The position numbers and the translations under genes were made by a program. The notes beneath the pieces are model-generated. The model worked only from the letters and a program-made list of their open reading frames with translations. It was not told the origin of the DNA and searched no databases. Shown here one piece after another: positions 29,578-39,152 of a stretch of DNA of 64,000 bases. Position 1 is the stretch's first letter. Every line of letters starts with the position of its first letter. Source of the stretch: an uncultured Gammaproteobacteria bacterium (GTDB taxonomy: Bacteria > Pseudomonadota > Gammaproteobacteria > Xanthomonadales > Rhodanobacteraceae); the NCBI GenBank assembly GCA_963734945.1, contig CAVTJF010000063.1, forward strand, positions 75,496 to 139,495, in the 5' to 3' direction.

Positions 29578-29868
29578 GGCGCGCCTGCCAGTGCGCTGGT
29601 TTGCCCTGTTTGACCCACTCAGAGCCATGCTCGCGGGCCACGGCAAGACGCGGTACGCGGGCAAGGGTGGTTCTCTTGGCAAGTACTGCAACGCAGCCGT
29701 GGCCCGCGAGCGTGGCTGCCGAAGGGCGAGCCGCCGGACGTCCGTCTGCCGCAGCCCATCTGCTTGCAAGGCAACCCGCCTTGCTGCGCAAATGCGCCTT
29801 GCATCCGAACGCCCAGCGACTTGCTGAGTGGATTGAACAGGGCAAACCAGTGCACTAGCATGCGCGCC
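29578..29868. mobile_element. ~290-bp element bounded by imperfect ~45-nt inverted repeats (MITE-like or regulatory palindrome)
   Basis: Left arm 29578-29622 and the reverse complement of right arm 29824-29868 match at about 39/45 positions by hand alignment. The core CTGGTTTGCCCTGTT is identical in both arms. The element fills almost the whole divergent intergenic region. No target duplication was seen. Confidence 0.45.
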
Positions 29869-29876
29869 ATTCGAGC

Positions 29877-31139
29877 TTGATTGTGGATGGGATGGTGAAT
29901 TCGATTTTTCCGGGCACACACCTGGGTGAGGTGCGCTACGAGATTCGCGGTGCCCTGGCACGCCGTGCACGAGAGCTGGATGCGCAGGGGCAACGCATCG
30001 TGCACCTCAATATCGGCAATCCCGGCCGCTTCGGCTTTCGGGCGCCAGACATGCTGCAGGCGGCCGTGGCCGACGGCCTGGCGCGCAGCGATGGCTATTG
30101 CCAGGAGCAGGGGCTGTTGGAGGCACGCGAGGCCATTGCGGCGCGACAGCTCGAGCGCGGGGCGCGAGTGCACGACATCGACCATGTGTTCGTCGGCAAT
30201 GGCGTCAGCGAGCTGATCGACATGGCCTTGCGGGCCCTGCTCAATGCCGGTGACGAGGTGCTGATACCCAGCCCCGATTATCCGCTCTGGAGTGCGGCAA
30301 CCATTCTCAACGGCGGGCGCCCGCGCTACTACCCGTGCCATGCAGATCGTGAGCATCTGCCCGACCCGGACCAGATCGAGAGCATGATCACGCCGCGCAC
30401 GCGGGCACTGGTGATCATCAATCCCAACAATCCCACCGGCGCGGTATACCCGCGCTCCCTGCTGCAGCAACTGGTCGCCGTGGCCGAACGCCACGGGTTG
30501 CTGCTGATGAGCGACGAGATCTACGACGGCATTGTCTACGACGAGGCACGCTTCGAACCGCTGGCGCCGTTGGCCGGCGATGTGCCCTGCGTCAGCTTTT
30601 GCGGCCTGAGCAAGGTGCATCGGGCTTGCGGCTACCGGGTTGGCTGGATCAGCTTGTCGGGGGCAAGGCAGGCACTGGCCGGGTATCGCGATGGTCTGCA
30701 ACTGCTGGCGGCGCTGCGCCTGTGTGCCAATGTGCCCGGGCAATGGGCGATCAGGCCGGCACTGGACAGCGACATCAGCATCAAGGCGCTGGTGCGTCCG
30801 GGAGGCCGCCTGCACGCGGCCCGCCAGGCGGTGCTGGATGGCGTGGCGGCGAGCAGCTACCTGCAACTGGTCAAGCCGCAGGGCGCCCTGTATGCCTTTC
30901 CCTCGGTCTGCGCGGACGCCTTGCCCGCGTTTGACGACGAAGCCTTTGCCTTGCGCCTGCTGGAAGAGGAGTCGGTGCTGCTGGCGCCGGGCAGCAGTTT
31001 CAACACCGGCAACCGTCGCCATCTGCGCCTGACCCTCTTGCCCGAGCCGGCACAGCTGGCCGATGTGCTGGCGCGCATGGAGCGGGTATTGCAGCGCCTG
31101 GCTGCCGATTCAGTGGCGTGCGCGAGCAGCGTCGCATGA
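29877..31139 (+). CDS. class I/II PLP-dependent aminotransferase (AlaA/YfbQ-like)
   Basis: VRYEIRG ... LNIGNPGRFGF ... SPDYPLW ... INPNNPTG ... SKVHRACGYRVGW, where SK is the probable PLP lysine. TTG start at 29877; an alternative ATG lies at 29892. Confidence 0.85.
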   Translation: MIVDGMVNSIFPGTHLGEVRYEIRGALARRARELDAQGQRIVHLNIGNPGRFGFRAPDMLQAAVADGLARSDGYCQEQGLLEAREAIAARQLERGARVHDIDHVFVGNGVSELIDMALRALLNAGDEVLIPSPDYPLWSAATILNGGRPRYYPCHADREHLPDPDQIESMITPRTRALVIINPNNPTGAVYPRSLLQQLVAVAERHGLLLMSDEIYDGIVYDEARFEPLAPLAGDVPCVSFCGLSKVHRACGYRVGWISLSGARQALAGYRDGLQLLAALRLCANVPGQWAIRPALDSDISIKALVRPGGRLHAARQAVLDGVAASSYLQLVKPQGALYAFPSVCADALPAFDDEAFALRLLEEESVLLAPGSSFNTGNRRHLRLTLLPEPAQLADVLARMERVLQRLAADSVACASSVA

Positions 31140-31762
31140 GTTCGCAGCAGGCCATGGGCTATCTGGCCCTGGGCGACTCGTACACCATTTGCGAAGGGGT
31201 GGCCGAACACCAGCGCTGGCCGGTACGGCTGGCGCAGGACCTGCGTGATCTGGGCCATGCGCTGTCCGCTCCGGAAATAATTGCCACCACCGGCTGGAGT
31301 ACCGACGAACTGCTTGCTGCCCTGGGCGAATGCAAGCTGCACCCGCCGTATCGCCTGGTCAGCCTGCTGATTGGCGTCAACAATCAGTATCGAGGCCGCT
31401 CGGTCGACAATTACCGGGCCGAATTCTCCGAGTTGCTGGACCTTGCCGTGCGCATGGCCGCAGGGCAGGCCGGCCGCGTGCTGGTGGTGTCGATCCCCGA
31501 CTGGGGCGTGACGCCGATGGCCGGCAGGGAGCAAAGGAATCGGCAGCAGGTTGCCGACGAGATTGATGCCTACAACGCGGTGGCCGGCGCTGCCAGCGCA
31601 GCTGCCGGGGCGCGCTTTGTCGACGTTACCGCGATTTCACGCGCCTGCGGCGGGAAGCCCGGGATGCTGGTTGCTGACGGCCTGCATCCCTCGGCCGAAC
31701 AGTATGCCTTGTGGCTGGCGCCAATCCGGGCTGCGGCCGCTGAGTGCCTGGCCGCAGGCTGA
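31136..31762 (+). CDS. SGNH/GDSL-family hydrolase
   Basis: YLALGDSYT block I and a later DGLHP block V. ATGA overlap with the aminotransferase stop. Confidence 0.8.
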   Translation: MSSQQAMGYLALGDSYTICEGVAEHQRWPVRLAQDLRDLGHALSAPEIIATTGWSTDELLAALGECKLHPPYRLVSLLIGVNNQYRGRSVDNYRAEFSELLDLAVRMAAGQAGRVLVVSIPDWGVTPMAGREQRNRQQVADEIDAYNAVAGAASAAAGARFVDVTAISRACGGKPGMLVADGLHPSAEQYALWLAPIRAAAAECLAAG

Positions 31763-31764
31763 TC

Positions 31765-31805
31765 GGGCGGCACGCTCACGCCTGCTCGGGATGAGCGTGC
31801 CGCCC
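31765..31805. terminator. convergent-gene stem-loop (14-bp perfect stem)
   Basis: GGGCGGCACGCTCA (31765-31778) pairs with TGAGCGTGCCGCCC (31792-31805), with a 13-nt loop. It sits exactly between the SGNH stop (31762) and the peptidase stop (31826). There is no clear U-tract. Confidence 0.5.
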
Positions 31806-31825
31806 GGGCTTGTGCCGCCTTGCCC

Positions 31826-34186
31826 TCAGTGCCGCATCGACTCGGGCAGGCTGAAATGGAAGCCTTCGGGCGGGGTCTTGCCGGCCAGATAGCGCACGAA
31901 ATAGTCCCAGCGGCGGCGGGTGCTGTACATGGTGCCGGCCATGCCGTAACCGTGGCGTGCGTTGGGGATGATCAGCATGTCGAAGTCCTTGTTGGCCTTG
32001 ATCAGGGCCTGCACCACCAGCATGGTCTCGCCGACCGGCACGTTGTCGTCGATCTGGCCGTGCACCAGCATCAGGCGTCCCTGCAGATTCCTGGCGACAT
32101 CCTGGTTGGCCTGGTTGTCGTAGTTGTCGCCACCGTCCTTGTTCCGGACCAGCAGGCCCTGGTACTTCTCGCCCCAGTCATTCTCGTAGTTGCGGTTGTC
32201 GTGGTTGCCGCTCTCGGCCCAGCCGACCTTGAACAGCTTCGGGTAGCGGAACAGGGCGTCGGCGGTGGCGTTGCCGCCACCGGAATGGCCCCAGATGCCG
32301 ACCCTGTCGATGTCGATCCAGCGGTTGCGTTGCGCCAGCTGCCTGATGGCAGCGACCTGATCGGGCAGGGTGTTGTCGCCCATGTCGCCGTACCAGGTGT
32401 CGTGGAATGACTTGGAGCGCCACGGTGTGCCCATGCCGTCTATCGCCACCACGATGAAGCCCAGTTCCGCCAGCGCCTGATGCGAGCTGCGCGGCGGCAG
32501 GAAGCTGCGCCCGCGAACCGAGCCGGTCTGCGGGCCGGGGTAGATGTAGTCGATGATCGGGTACTTCTTTTTCGGGTCGAAATGAGTCGGCTTGAACATC
32601 ATGCCGTACAGGTCGGTCTTGCCGTCGCGGGCCTTGACCGTGAAGGGCACCGGCGGACGCCAGCCGCTGGCGAAAAGTCGCGTGGTATCGGCGCGGGCGA
32701 TCTGCTTGATCACATGGCCGTCTTCGGCATCGCGCAGCACCGTCACCGGGGCCGTGGTGCGGGTGGAGTAGGTATCCACGAAGTAGCGTCCGTCCGGCGA
32801 CATCTTGATGCTGTGATCGGCCTTTTCAGGCGTCAGCAGCACCGGCTTGCCGGCATCGATGCCGACTTTCCAGAATTGCCGGTAGTAGGGATTGACGCCC
32901 GGGGTGCGACCGGTGGCATCGAACCAGAGCGTGCGCGTGTCGCGGTCGACATGCAGCACCTGTGCCACGGTGCCGCTGCCGCTGGTGATGGCGCGCTTGA
33001 TCGTGCCATTGCCCAGATCGTACAGATACAGGTTGCCCCAGTCGGTCTTCTCGGAGAACCAGATGGCTTCGCCGGTCGCGGGGAGGTACTGCCAGTCGAC
33101 CATGCCGCGACCGCTCTCGTAAAACGTCTTGACGCTGTCCTCGAACGCGGTACGCACGGCGCCGGTGGCTGCATCGGCTACCCGGAACCATTCATGCTGT
33201 CGATCACGGGAGGAATTCACCATCGCCAGTGTCTTGCTGTCGGCGGCCCACTTGACGTCGTCCCAGGTGCCATCGCGGTCGCAATCCAGGTCATCGCAGA
33301 GGCTGGACAGGCGTTGCTGCGGCGGCAGTTTCAGGCGCACCATCTTGTGGCTGACCACATCGATCACCAGCGGCTCGATCATGAAGATCTTGTCGTCGCC
33401 CGGCAGCGGGTATTTCCATTGTTCCAGCTCGGGATGGCCAACCCTGGTGTTGACGGTGTACATCTCGCCCACGCCGCGCTGGTCCTGGCGGTAGGTGGCG
33501 ATCTGCGTCGAGTCCGGCGACCAGGTGACAATGGCGCGGTCCGAATGCAGCCAGCCGGCATTGTCGGTGGCGTAGCCGTAGTCCTTGACTCCGTCGGTGG
33601 TCAGCTGGCTCTCCTTGCCGGTGGCCACATCCCGCACCCACAGGTTCCAGTCGCGGACAAAGGCTTCCTTCTTGCCATCCGGTGACAAGCGCCCGGGTTC
33701 ATCGCCCGGGGCCGGTTCACCCTTGGCGGGCTTCGCTGCGGCCTTGGCCGTGCATGCGCTCTTGCCGGGCAGGTCACACAGGAAGTGCTTGCCGTGCACC
33801 GAGACATCGTAGGTGCCCTGGTCGGTAACACTGAAATCGCTGATCGGCAGTTTGTCGGCCTTCAGCGGTTTGTCCAGCATCTTGCCCAGTGCGTTGGCCA
33901 TCTTCTCCTGATCGAACGCCGGGCTGATGCTGCCGCTGGCGGCATCGACGGCAAGGAAATGGTCGCCCCTGGCGTCGTGTTCGACGTACCAGAAATGACT
34001 GTCGTCCACCCAGGTCACGCGGCTGACCACATGATCCAGCAGTGGCCGGGTGTTGATGGCGAGCAGTTTCTCGGCGTGCTGGTAGTCCTTGAGTGACAGC
34101 GACTGGGTCTGGGCGGCAGCCGACAGCGGCGATGCGGACAGTGCTGCGGCGACCAGCAGATGCGGCCAGATTGGATGCGTTCTCAT
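31826..34186 (-). CDS. S9-family dipeptidyl-peptidase IV / prolyl oligopeptidase-type serine peptidase
   Basis: Start re-set to ATG 34186 (MRTHPIWPHLLVAAALSASPLSAAAQT signal peptide) with GGGGAGAA upstream. DPP-IV-like beta-propeller half, then the catalytic GIWGHSGGGNAT (GxSxGG). Confidence 0.9.
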   Translation of the reverse strand: MRTHPIWPHLLVAAALSASPLSAAAQTQSLSLKDYQHAEKLLAINTRPLLDHVVSRVTWVDDSHFWYVEHDARGDHFLAVDAASGSISPAFDQEKMANALGKMLDKPLKADKLPISDFSVTDQGTYDVSVHGKHFLCDLPGKSACTAKAAAKPAKGEPAPGDEPGRLSPDGKKEAFVRDWNLWVRDVATGKESQLTTDGVKDYGYATDNAGWLHSDRAIVTWSPDSTQIATYRQDQRGVGEMYTVNTRVGHPELEQWKYPLPGDDKIFMIEPLVIDVVSHKMVRLKLPPQQRLSSLCDDLDCDRDGTWDDVKWAADSKTLAMVNSSRDRQHEWFRVADAATGAVRTAFEDSVKTFYESGRGMVDWQYLPATGEAIWFSEKTDWGNLYLYDLGNGTIKRAITSGSGTVAQVLHVDRDTRTLWFDATGRTPGVNPYYRQFWKVGIDAGKPVLLTPEKADHSIKMSPDGRYFVDTYSTRTTAPVTVLRDAEDGHVIKQIARADTTRLFASGWRPPVPFTVKARDGKTDLYGMMFKPTHFDPKKKYPIIDYIYPGPQTGSVRGRSFLPPRSSHQALAELGFIVVAIDGMGTPWRSKSFHDTWYGDMGDNTLPDQVAAIRQLAQRNRWIDIDRVGIWGHSGGGNATADALFRYPKLFKVGWAESGNHDNRNYENDWGEKYQGLLVRNKDGGDNYDNQANQDVARNLQGRLMLVHGQIDDNVPVGETMLVVQALIKANKDFDMLIIPNARHGYGMAGTMYSTRRRWDYFVRYLAGKTPPEGFHFSLPESMRH

Positions 34187-34308
34187 GGTTCTCCCCGGTG
34201 GTTTGTACCGATCACAAGCCACCATCCTAGCGCCCAGCGCCCCGGCCCGCCCCTGCCAGAAGTCCATCCAGCCACCTGTCCCCGGGAAACGCCGCAAGTC
34301 GGCGCGGA

Positions 34309-34481
34309 CCCTGCGGACAGGAAGTCCGCAGGGCGCGAAAGCGCGGTGCCCTTCTCTTTACTCCGGGCATCCTGCCTTCCGCTCTCTGGGCCAGATCCGC
34401 TGTGCAAATGCGTTCCAGACGCATTGGTGGTTCTGTTTCTCCTGGGCATGCAGGAGAAATGAACTGGCGGCCGCAGGCCGC
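34309..34481. other. hairpin-dense intergenic segment (four perfect stem-loops)
   Basis: Four stem-loops. CCCTGCGGAC/GTCCGCAGGG at 34309-34333. AATGCGT/ACGCATT at 34407-34425. TTTCTCCTG/CAGGAGAAA at 34436-34459. GCGGCC/GGCCGC at 34467-34481. Confidence 0.5.
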
Positions 34482-34554
34482 GAAAGTTTCTGGCTGCATG
34501 CGACCGCAGGTCCCCGGCAATACGCGAATCGCGCGCAAGGCGTGCGAAGCGCGC

Positions 34555-35247
34555 TCAAGCCGCAGCGGGCAGACTCCAGTCCACCGGCTCAATGCCGTGT
34601 CGGCGCAGATAGTCGTTGGCGGCCGAAAAATGGCCGCAGCCGTTGAAGCCGCGATGGGCCGACAGGGGCGAGGGATGTGGTGCCTTCAGCACGCAATGGC
34701 GCTGGCGGTCGACCAGCCTGCCCTTGGCCTGGGCGTAGGCGCCCCACAGCAGGAACACCAGATGCTCGCGTTGCCGGTTGAGCGTGTCGATGACATGGTC
34801 GGTGAATCCTTCCCAGCCCTTGCCCTGGTGCGAGCCGGCACGACCGGCTTCCACGGTGAGCACGCTGTTGAGCAACAGCACGCCGTGTGCGGCCCACGCC
34901 TGCAGGCAGCCGTGTGCGGGTCTGGCGATGCCCAGATCGCGCTCGATCTCGGCCTGCACGTTCTGCAGGGAGGGTGGCACCCGTACCCCGGGCTGTACCG
35001 AAAAACACAAGCCATGGGCCTGTCCGGGGCCGTGGTAGGGATCCTGGCCCAGGATGACCACCTTGACCGCATCGAACGGTGTGGCATCGAAGGCTGCGAA
35101 GATGCTTTCCATCGGCGGATAGATGCGCTTGCCCTTGCGGCCTTCGTCGATCAGGAACTGACGCAGTGCCTGCATGTCGGGCCGATCGAACCAGTCGCCG
35201 ACGCGGGATTTCCAGGACGGCTCCATTTTGAGCCGGGCGTCGGTCAT
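34555..35247 (-). CDS. ung: uracil-DNA glycosylase
   Basis: [22 protein letters not shown] and HPSPLSA motifs. Confidence 0.95.
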   Translation of the reverse strand: MTDARLKMEPSWKSRVGDWFDRPDMQALRQFLIDEGRKGKRIYPPMESIFAAFDATPFDAVKVVILGQDPYHGPGQAHGLCFSVQPGVRVPPSLQNVQAEIERDLGIARPAHGCLQAWAAHGVLLLNSVLTVEAGRAGSHQGKGWEGFTDHVIDTLNRQREHLVFLLWGAYAQAKGRLVDRQRHCVLKAPHPSPLSAHRGFNGCGHFSAANDYLRRHGIEPVDWSLPAAA

Positions 35248-36095
35248 TGCTTGTCGGCCGCTTCCTGCTGGCGGACCTGGCGGCTTACCCGCATCTGGAA
35301 AAGCAGCTTGGTGATCAGCAGACGCTCCTCGATCGGCTTGAGCACCAGGTCGTTGGCGCCGCTCTTGAGCAGCGCGGCCTGATTGGTCGGGTTTTCGTCA
35401 CCGGTCATCACCAGCACCGGTAGCTGGCCCTTGCCGTAGCCGTAGTCTTCGCGGATTTCGCGCAGCAGGTCGGCACCGGTGAGTTCGCCCTTGAGGCTGA
35501 CGTCGGTCAGGACCACGTCGGCACCGATGCGACCCTGCACGCGCGCCGTTTCCAGCAGCGCCTGGGCATCCTCGACATTGGTCACGTGCAGCACTTCAAG
35601 GTCGTGCTTCTTCAGCATGCGCGATGTCGCCAGGGCCACCACGCGGCTGTCTTCCACGTACAGCACCTGGCCGCCGGGCACGCCGGCCGGCTGGATGTAG
35701 CCGCGGATGAAGTCGCACAGGGCCTCGAAGCCCAGCGACTTGTCGAAGTAGTCGGTGACATCGTCGCCCAGGGTCCGCGCCTGCAGGCGCTCCTGCACGT
35801 CGCCCGAAACCACCACTACGGGAATGTAGGCCTGCGGCGACTGCTCGCGCACATGGCGGGCCAGCTTGAGGCCGTCCATGTCCGGCAGGCGCAGGGCCGT
35901 GCTGACAAAATCCACGACGCCTTCATCCAGCGCCTTGATCGCCTCCTCGCCGGTGCCACAGGACAACACGGTGACGTTGTCGAGGTCGCGCTCTAGCAGC
36001 CGGGTCAGCAGGCGGCGTACCACGCGTGAGCCATCAACGATCATCACCCGTGGGGTGTCGCTGCTGATATGGCTGGTGAGGGAGGTCTCGGTCAT
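35244..36095 (-). CDS. stand-alone tandem receiver protein (pseudo-receiver + canonical receiver)
   Basis: Two CheY-like domains. REC1 has VDGS and Ala where the phospho-acceptor Asp should be ([13 protein letters not shown]). REC2 has [12 protein letters not shown] (Asp present) and LVLKP. ATGA overlap with the ung start. Confidence 0.8.
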   Translation of the reverse strand: MTETSLTSHISSDTPRVMIVDGSRVVRRLLTRLLERDLDNVTVLSCGTGEEAIKALDEGVVDFVSTALRLPDMDGLKLARHVREQSPQAYIPVVVVSGDVQERLQARTLGDDVTDYFDKSLGFEALCDFIRGYIQPAGVPGGQVLYVEDSRVVALATSRMLKKHDLEVLHVTNVEDAQALLETARVQGRIGADVVLTDVSLKGELTGADLLREIREDYGYGKGQLPVLVMTGDENPTNQAALLKSGANDLVLKPIEERLLITKLLFQMRVSRQVRQQEAADKQ

Positions 36096-36162
36096 GGCTA
36101 CAATGATTGCGGTCTGGCCGGCTGCGGTCAACGTCGGCGACCCGGTCCCTTTGTGAAATGCC

Positions 36163-37095
36163 TCAGGTACTCACCAGGCGGGCCCCGGCCCAGCCCAGTG
36201 CGGCGGCCAGCAAGGGCACCGCCAGCAGCAGATCAAGGTCGAGTCCCTGCAGCAGCAGGCTTCCGCCATAGCTGGCCAGAAGCGCCTGGCTGGGGCCGGC
36301 GAGCAGCCACTCTATCAGTGCGATCAGGATCACGGCCACCAATCCGGCACCAAAGCCGTACAGCGCTCCGGCATACAGATAGGGCCGACGCACAAAGCGG
36401 GCGCTGGCACCGGCCATCTGCAGTACCGCAATTTCGTCGGCGCGGCTGCGAATGTCCTGACGCACGGTCTGGCCGACCACCATGAGCATGGCCAGTACCA
36501 GCAGTGCGGCCAGCAGCGAAAAACTGCGCTTGCCCAGGCTCAGCAGGGCCTGCATGCGCTTGCGCCAGCCGGCCTCGTCCTGCACCAGATCCACCCCCGG
36601 CAGCGCCCGGAGCTGCTGCGCCAGAGCCAGAGCCGACGGGGTGCCACCCTGCGGGTCCGGCTGCACCAGCAGCACCCAGGGCAATGGATTGTAGGGCAGG
36701 CTGTCGACCAGCGAGCCGAAGCCCTGCATGGCGGCCAGCTCGGTCATGCCCTGATCCGGGCTTTTCAGGCTCACACTGGTCACGTCGCTGCGCCGGCGCA
36801 ATTGCTCGGCGGTGCTGCGGGCGCCGGCCGCGTCAACGTCGGTCTGCATGAAAACGCTGATGGCGCGACTGTCCCCCAGGGTGCCGACCAGGTGCTGCGC
36901 GTTGCCCAGAAGCAGCCATAGCGCCAGAGGCATGGCCAGCGCGAGGCCCAGCACCAGCATGGTCATGACTGTGCCCAGTGTTCTGCCGGCCAGTCGTTCG
37001 ATGCTGGCACGCCATGCCCAGCGGCAATGACACCACCAGGCCGCCAGTGACGATCGCCTCTTGTTCCCGCCATGCTTGTCGGTGGCCGGCTTCAT
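36163..37095 (-). CDS. ftsX: cell-division permease-like protein FtsX
   Basis: Four TM helices with a large periplasmic loop. ATGA overlap with the ftsE stop. Confidence 0.9.
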   Translation of the reverse strand: MKPATDKHGGNKRRSSLAAWWCHCRWAWRASIERLAGRTLGTVMTMLVLGLALAMPLALWLLLGNAQHLVGTLGDSRAISVFMQTDVDAAGARSTAEQLRRRSDVTSVSLKSPDQGMTELAAMQGFGSLVDSLPYNPLPWVLLVQPDPQGGTPSALALAQQLRALPGVDLVQDEAGWRKRMQALLSLGKRSFSLLAALLVLAMLMVVGQTVRQDIRSRADEIAVLQMAGASARFVRRPYLYAGALYGFGAGLVAVILIALIEWLLAGPSQALLASYGGSLLLQGLDLDLLLAVPLLAAALGWAGARLVST

Positions 37096-37769
37096 GCCAC
37101 CTCCGCCTGCGCCACATCGTCGACCAGCTGGCCCTGATCCAGCACGATGGTGCGCTGGCGCATCTGCTTGAGCAGGGGCAGGTCGTGGCTGGCGATCAGC
37201 ACGGTGGTGCCGACCTGCTGGAAGCTGGCGAACAGCTGCATGATTTCCAGCGACAGCTGCGGGTCAAGATTGCCGGTGGGCTCGTCGGCAATCAGCAGGT
37301 CCGGCCGCGCGACGATGGCCCGGGCAATGCCGACGCGTTGCTGCTCGCCAGTGGAAAGGTGCCGCGGCAGCTGCTTCTCGTAGCGCAGCAGACCCACTTT
37401 CTCCAGCGCCGCGCGCATGCGTCTGGCGCGCTCGCTGGCGGCGATGCCGGCGATGACCAGCGGCAGTTCCACGTTGTGCGCCACGCTGCGGTCAAGCAGC
37501 AGGCGGTGATCCTGGAACACCATGCCGATGCGCCGTCTGAGCGCGGGAATGCGGCGCCGCGGCACCCGGCCCAGGTTGACCCCCTCGAACATCACCATGC
37601 CGCGGTTGGTGCGCTCGCTCATGGCGATGAGCTTGAGCAGGGTACTCTTGCCCGCACCGGAGTGGCCGGTGATGAACACCATTTCCCCCGCGTCCACGGA
37701 GAAGCTGACATCGCTCAGGGCTTGCTGGCCGTCGGCATAACGCATGCTGACGCGGTCGAATCGGATCAT
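37092..37769 (-). CDS. ftsE: cell-division ATP-binding protein FtsE
   Basis: MIRFDRVSMRY, Walker A GHSGAGKST, LSTGEQQRV signature, LLIADEPTGNLD. Confidence 0.95.
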   Translation of the reverse strand: MIRFDRVSMRYADGQQALSDVSFSVDAGEMVFITGHSGAGKSTLLKLIAMSERTNRGMVMFEGVNLGRVPRRRIPALRRRIGMVFQDHRLLLDRSVAHNVELPLVIAGIAASERARRMRAALEKVGLLRYEKQLPRHLSTGEQQRVGIARAIVARPDLLIADEPTGNLDPQLSLEIMQLFASFQQVGTTVLIASHDLPLLKQMRQRTIVLDQGQLVDDVAQAEVA

Positions 37770-37844
37770 GTGCCGATTGTAGCCTGCCGGCCGGCGCCGG
37801 TGCTTCCGTTTCCGCTTCCGCGGACTCGGGTGCGGAGCTGGGGG

Positions 37845-38993
37845 CTATTCGAAGCCGTTGCGGAAGATGAGGCCCTGGATCGCGGTGACCACGTTGGGGA
37901 AGTAGCCGCTGGGCGCACCGGCAACACCGCCAAGGGACCCACCCTGGCTGGGGATGGTCAGCAGGCCGGCGCTGTCCGGGTCGCCGGCAGGCAGGTAGGT
38001 GCCGCCCTGGAATACCTGGTTGGCCAGGGAGAACACCAGGGTGGCGCCATCGCCGGACCAGGCGACGCCGAGCGGGTACACGCCCGGGTTGAATTGCGCC
38101 AGCACGCTGCCCGTGCCCTGATCGGGATTGATCACGATCAGCTCGGTGGTCACCGGCTGGGTCAGCAGCGGGTTGGGCCAGGTCAGGCGGAAGAAGGCAA
38201 TGCGCTGGCCGTCCGGGGAAATGGCCGGCATGGCATGGGTCTGCACCACGATGCCGCCGCCGGGATTGTCGAATACCTGCGGCACGGTGAGCGTGCCGGC
38301 CCGTGCGAACGAGCCATTGGTTTGCTGCGCAAAGAGCACCAGTCCGGCGGCAATGGTATTGCGCCCGGCGTTGGTGACCACGGGCACGTAGGCCGGGGTC
38401 ACGAAGGCGTGGCCGGTGCGCGTCCAGGCGATGCCGTTGAACTCCGATTCAAAGTAGTCGGTCTGGTTGCCGTGGCCGAGCTCGGCATCGCCCAGGTCGA
38501 AGCCGTCGCTGGCGCGCAACACCTTGAGCTGGCGGATGCTGCCGCCGCCCTGGTTGTTGCTGGATGACGACAACAGGTTGACGAATGCGACCAGGGTGCC
38601 ATCAACCGACGTACCGCTGAACATCGGCGAGGCGAACAGGTGGCTGCCATCGGGCAGAGTCTGGGTGCTGTTGTTGAACAGCCTCCGGGTCTGGCCCGTG
38701 GTGCGGTTGTAGGCAAACAGATCGGTGGACGCCTCGTTCGGCTGTGCCGGATCCGGGCTGCTGATGGTGAGCATGGTGCCGTTCGGTGACAGGCTGGCAA
38801 AGTCGTTTGAGATCAGCCCTGTGTTGACCGGTGTCACCGTGCCGTTGCTGGCCTGGAACAGGCCGGTTACCGGGCCGCTGGTACCGTTGACCCGGGCGCC
38901 GAAGATGACCTGGGCGCCCGCGGGCGTTATCGCCGGCAAGGCAAGCAGCGCGAACGCGCACAATCGGCAGACAAACGACATGACAGCCCCCAT
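37845..38993 (-). CDS. secreted beta-propeller (TolB/PD40-like repeat) protein
   Basis: MGAVMSFVCRLCAFALLALPAITPAGAQ signal peptide. Repeated SP(D/N)G..(I/L) blade motifs (SPNGTMLTI, SPDGQRIAFF). Ends ...GLIFRNGFE. Lies directly downstream of gspF. Confidence 0.65.
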   Translation of the reverse strand: MGAVMSFVCRLCAFALLALPAITPAGAQVIFGARVNGTSGPVTGLFQASNGTVTPVNTGLISNDFASLSPNGTMLTISSPDPAQPNEASTDLFAYNRTTGQTRRLFNNSTQTLPDGSHLFASPMFSGTSVDGTLVAFVNLLSSSSNNQGGGSIRQLKVLRASDGFDLGDAELGHGNQTDYFESEFNGIAWTRTGHAFVTPAYVPVVTNAGRNTIAAGLVLFAQQTNGSFARAGTLTVPQVFDNPGGGIVVQTHAMPAISPDGQRIAFFRLTWPNPLLTQPVTTELIVINPDQGTGSVLAQFNPGVYPLGVAWSGDGATLVFSLANQVFQGGTYLPAGDPDSAGLLTIPSQGGSLGGVAGAPSGYFPNVVTAIQGLIFRNGFE

Positions 38994-39152
38994 AAACGCG
39001 GAATCGGTAGATGGGCCCTGTCGCGCCTGCGGCGCAGAACAGCGCAAGGCCTCAACCGTAATACGCATTTGCCCGGTCGGGCGTATCAGTGCATCGCAGG
39101 GCGTCGCATGCGGCGCGCTCGGCAGCACCGGCTCAAGGCCAGGCTGCCGCGG

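Noticed and set aside
31826-34186. S9 peptidase as the borosin-maturing prolyl oligopeptidase (OphP analogue)
   Set aside because: It lies 24 kb away among housekeeping genes. Its DPP-IV-type architecture and signal peptide point to a general periplasmic peptidase. There is no evidence of linkage.
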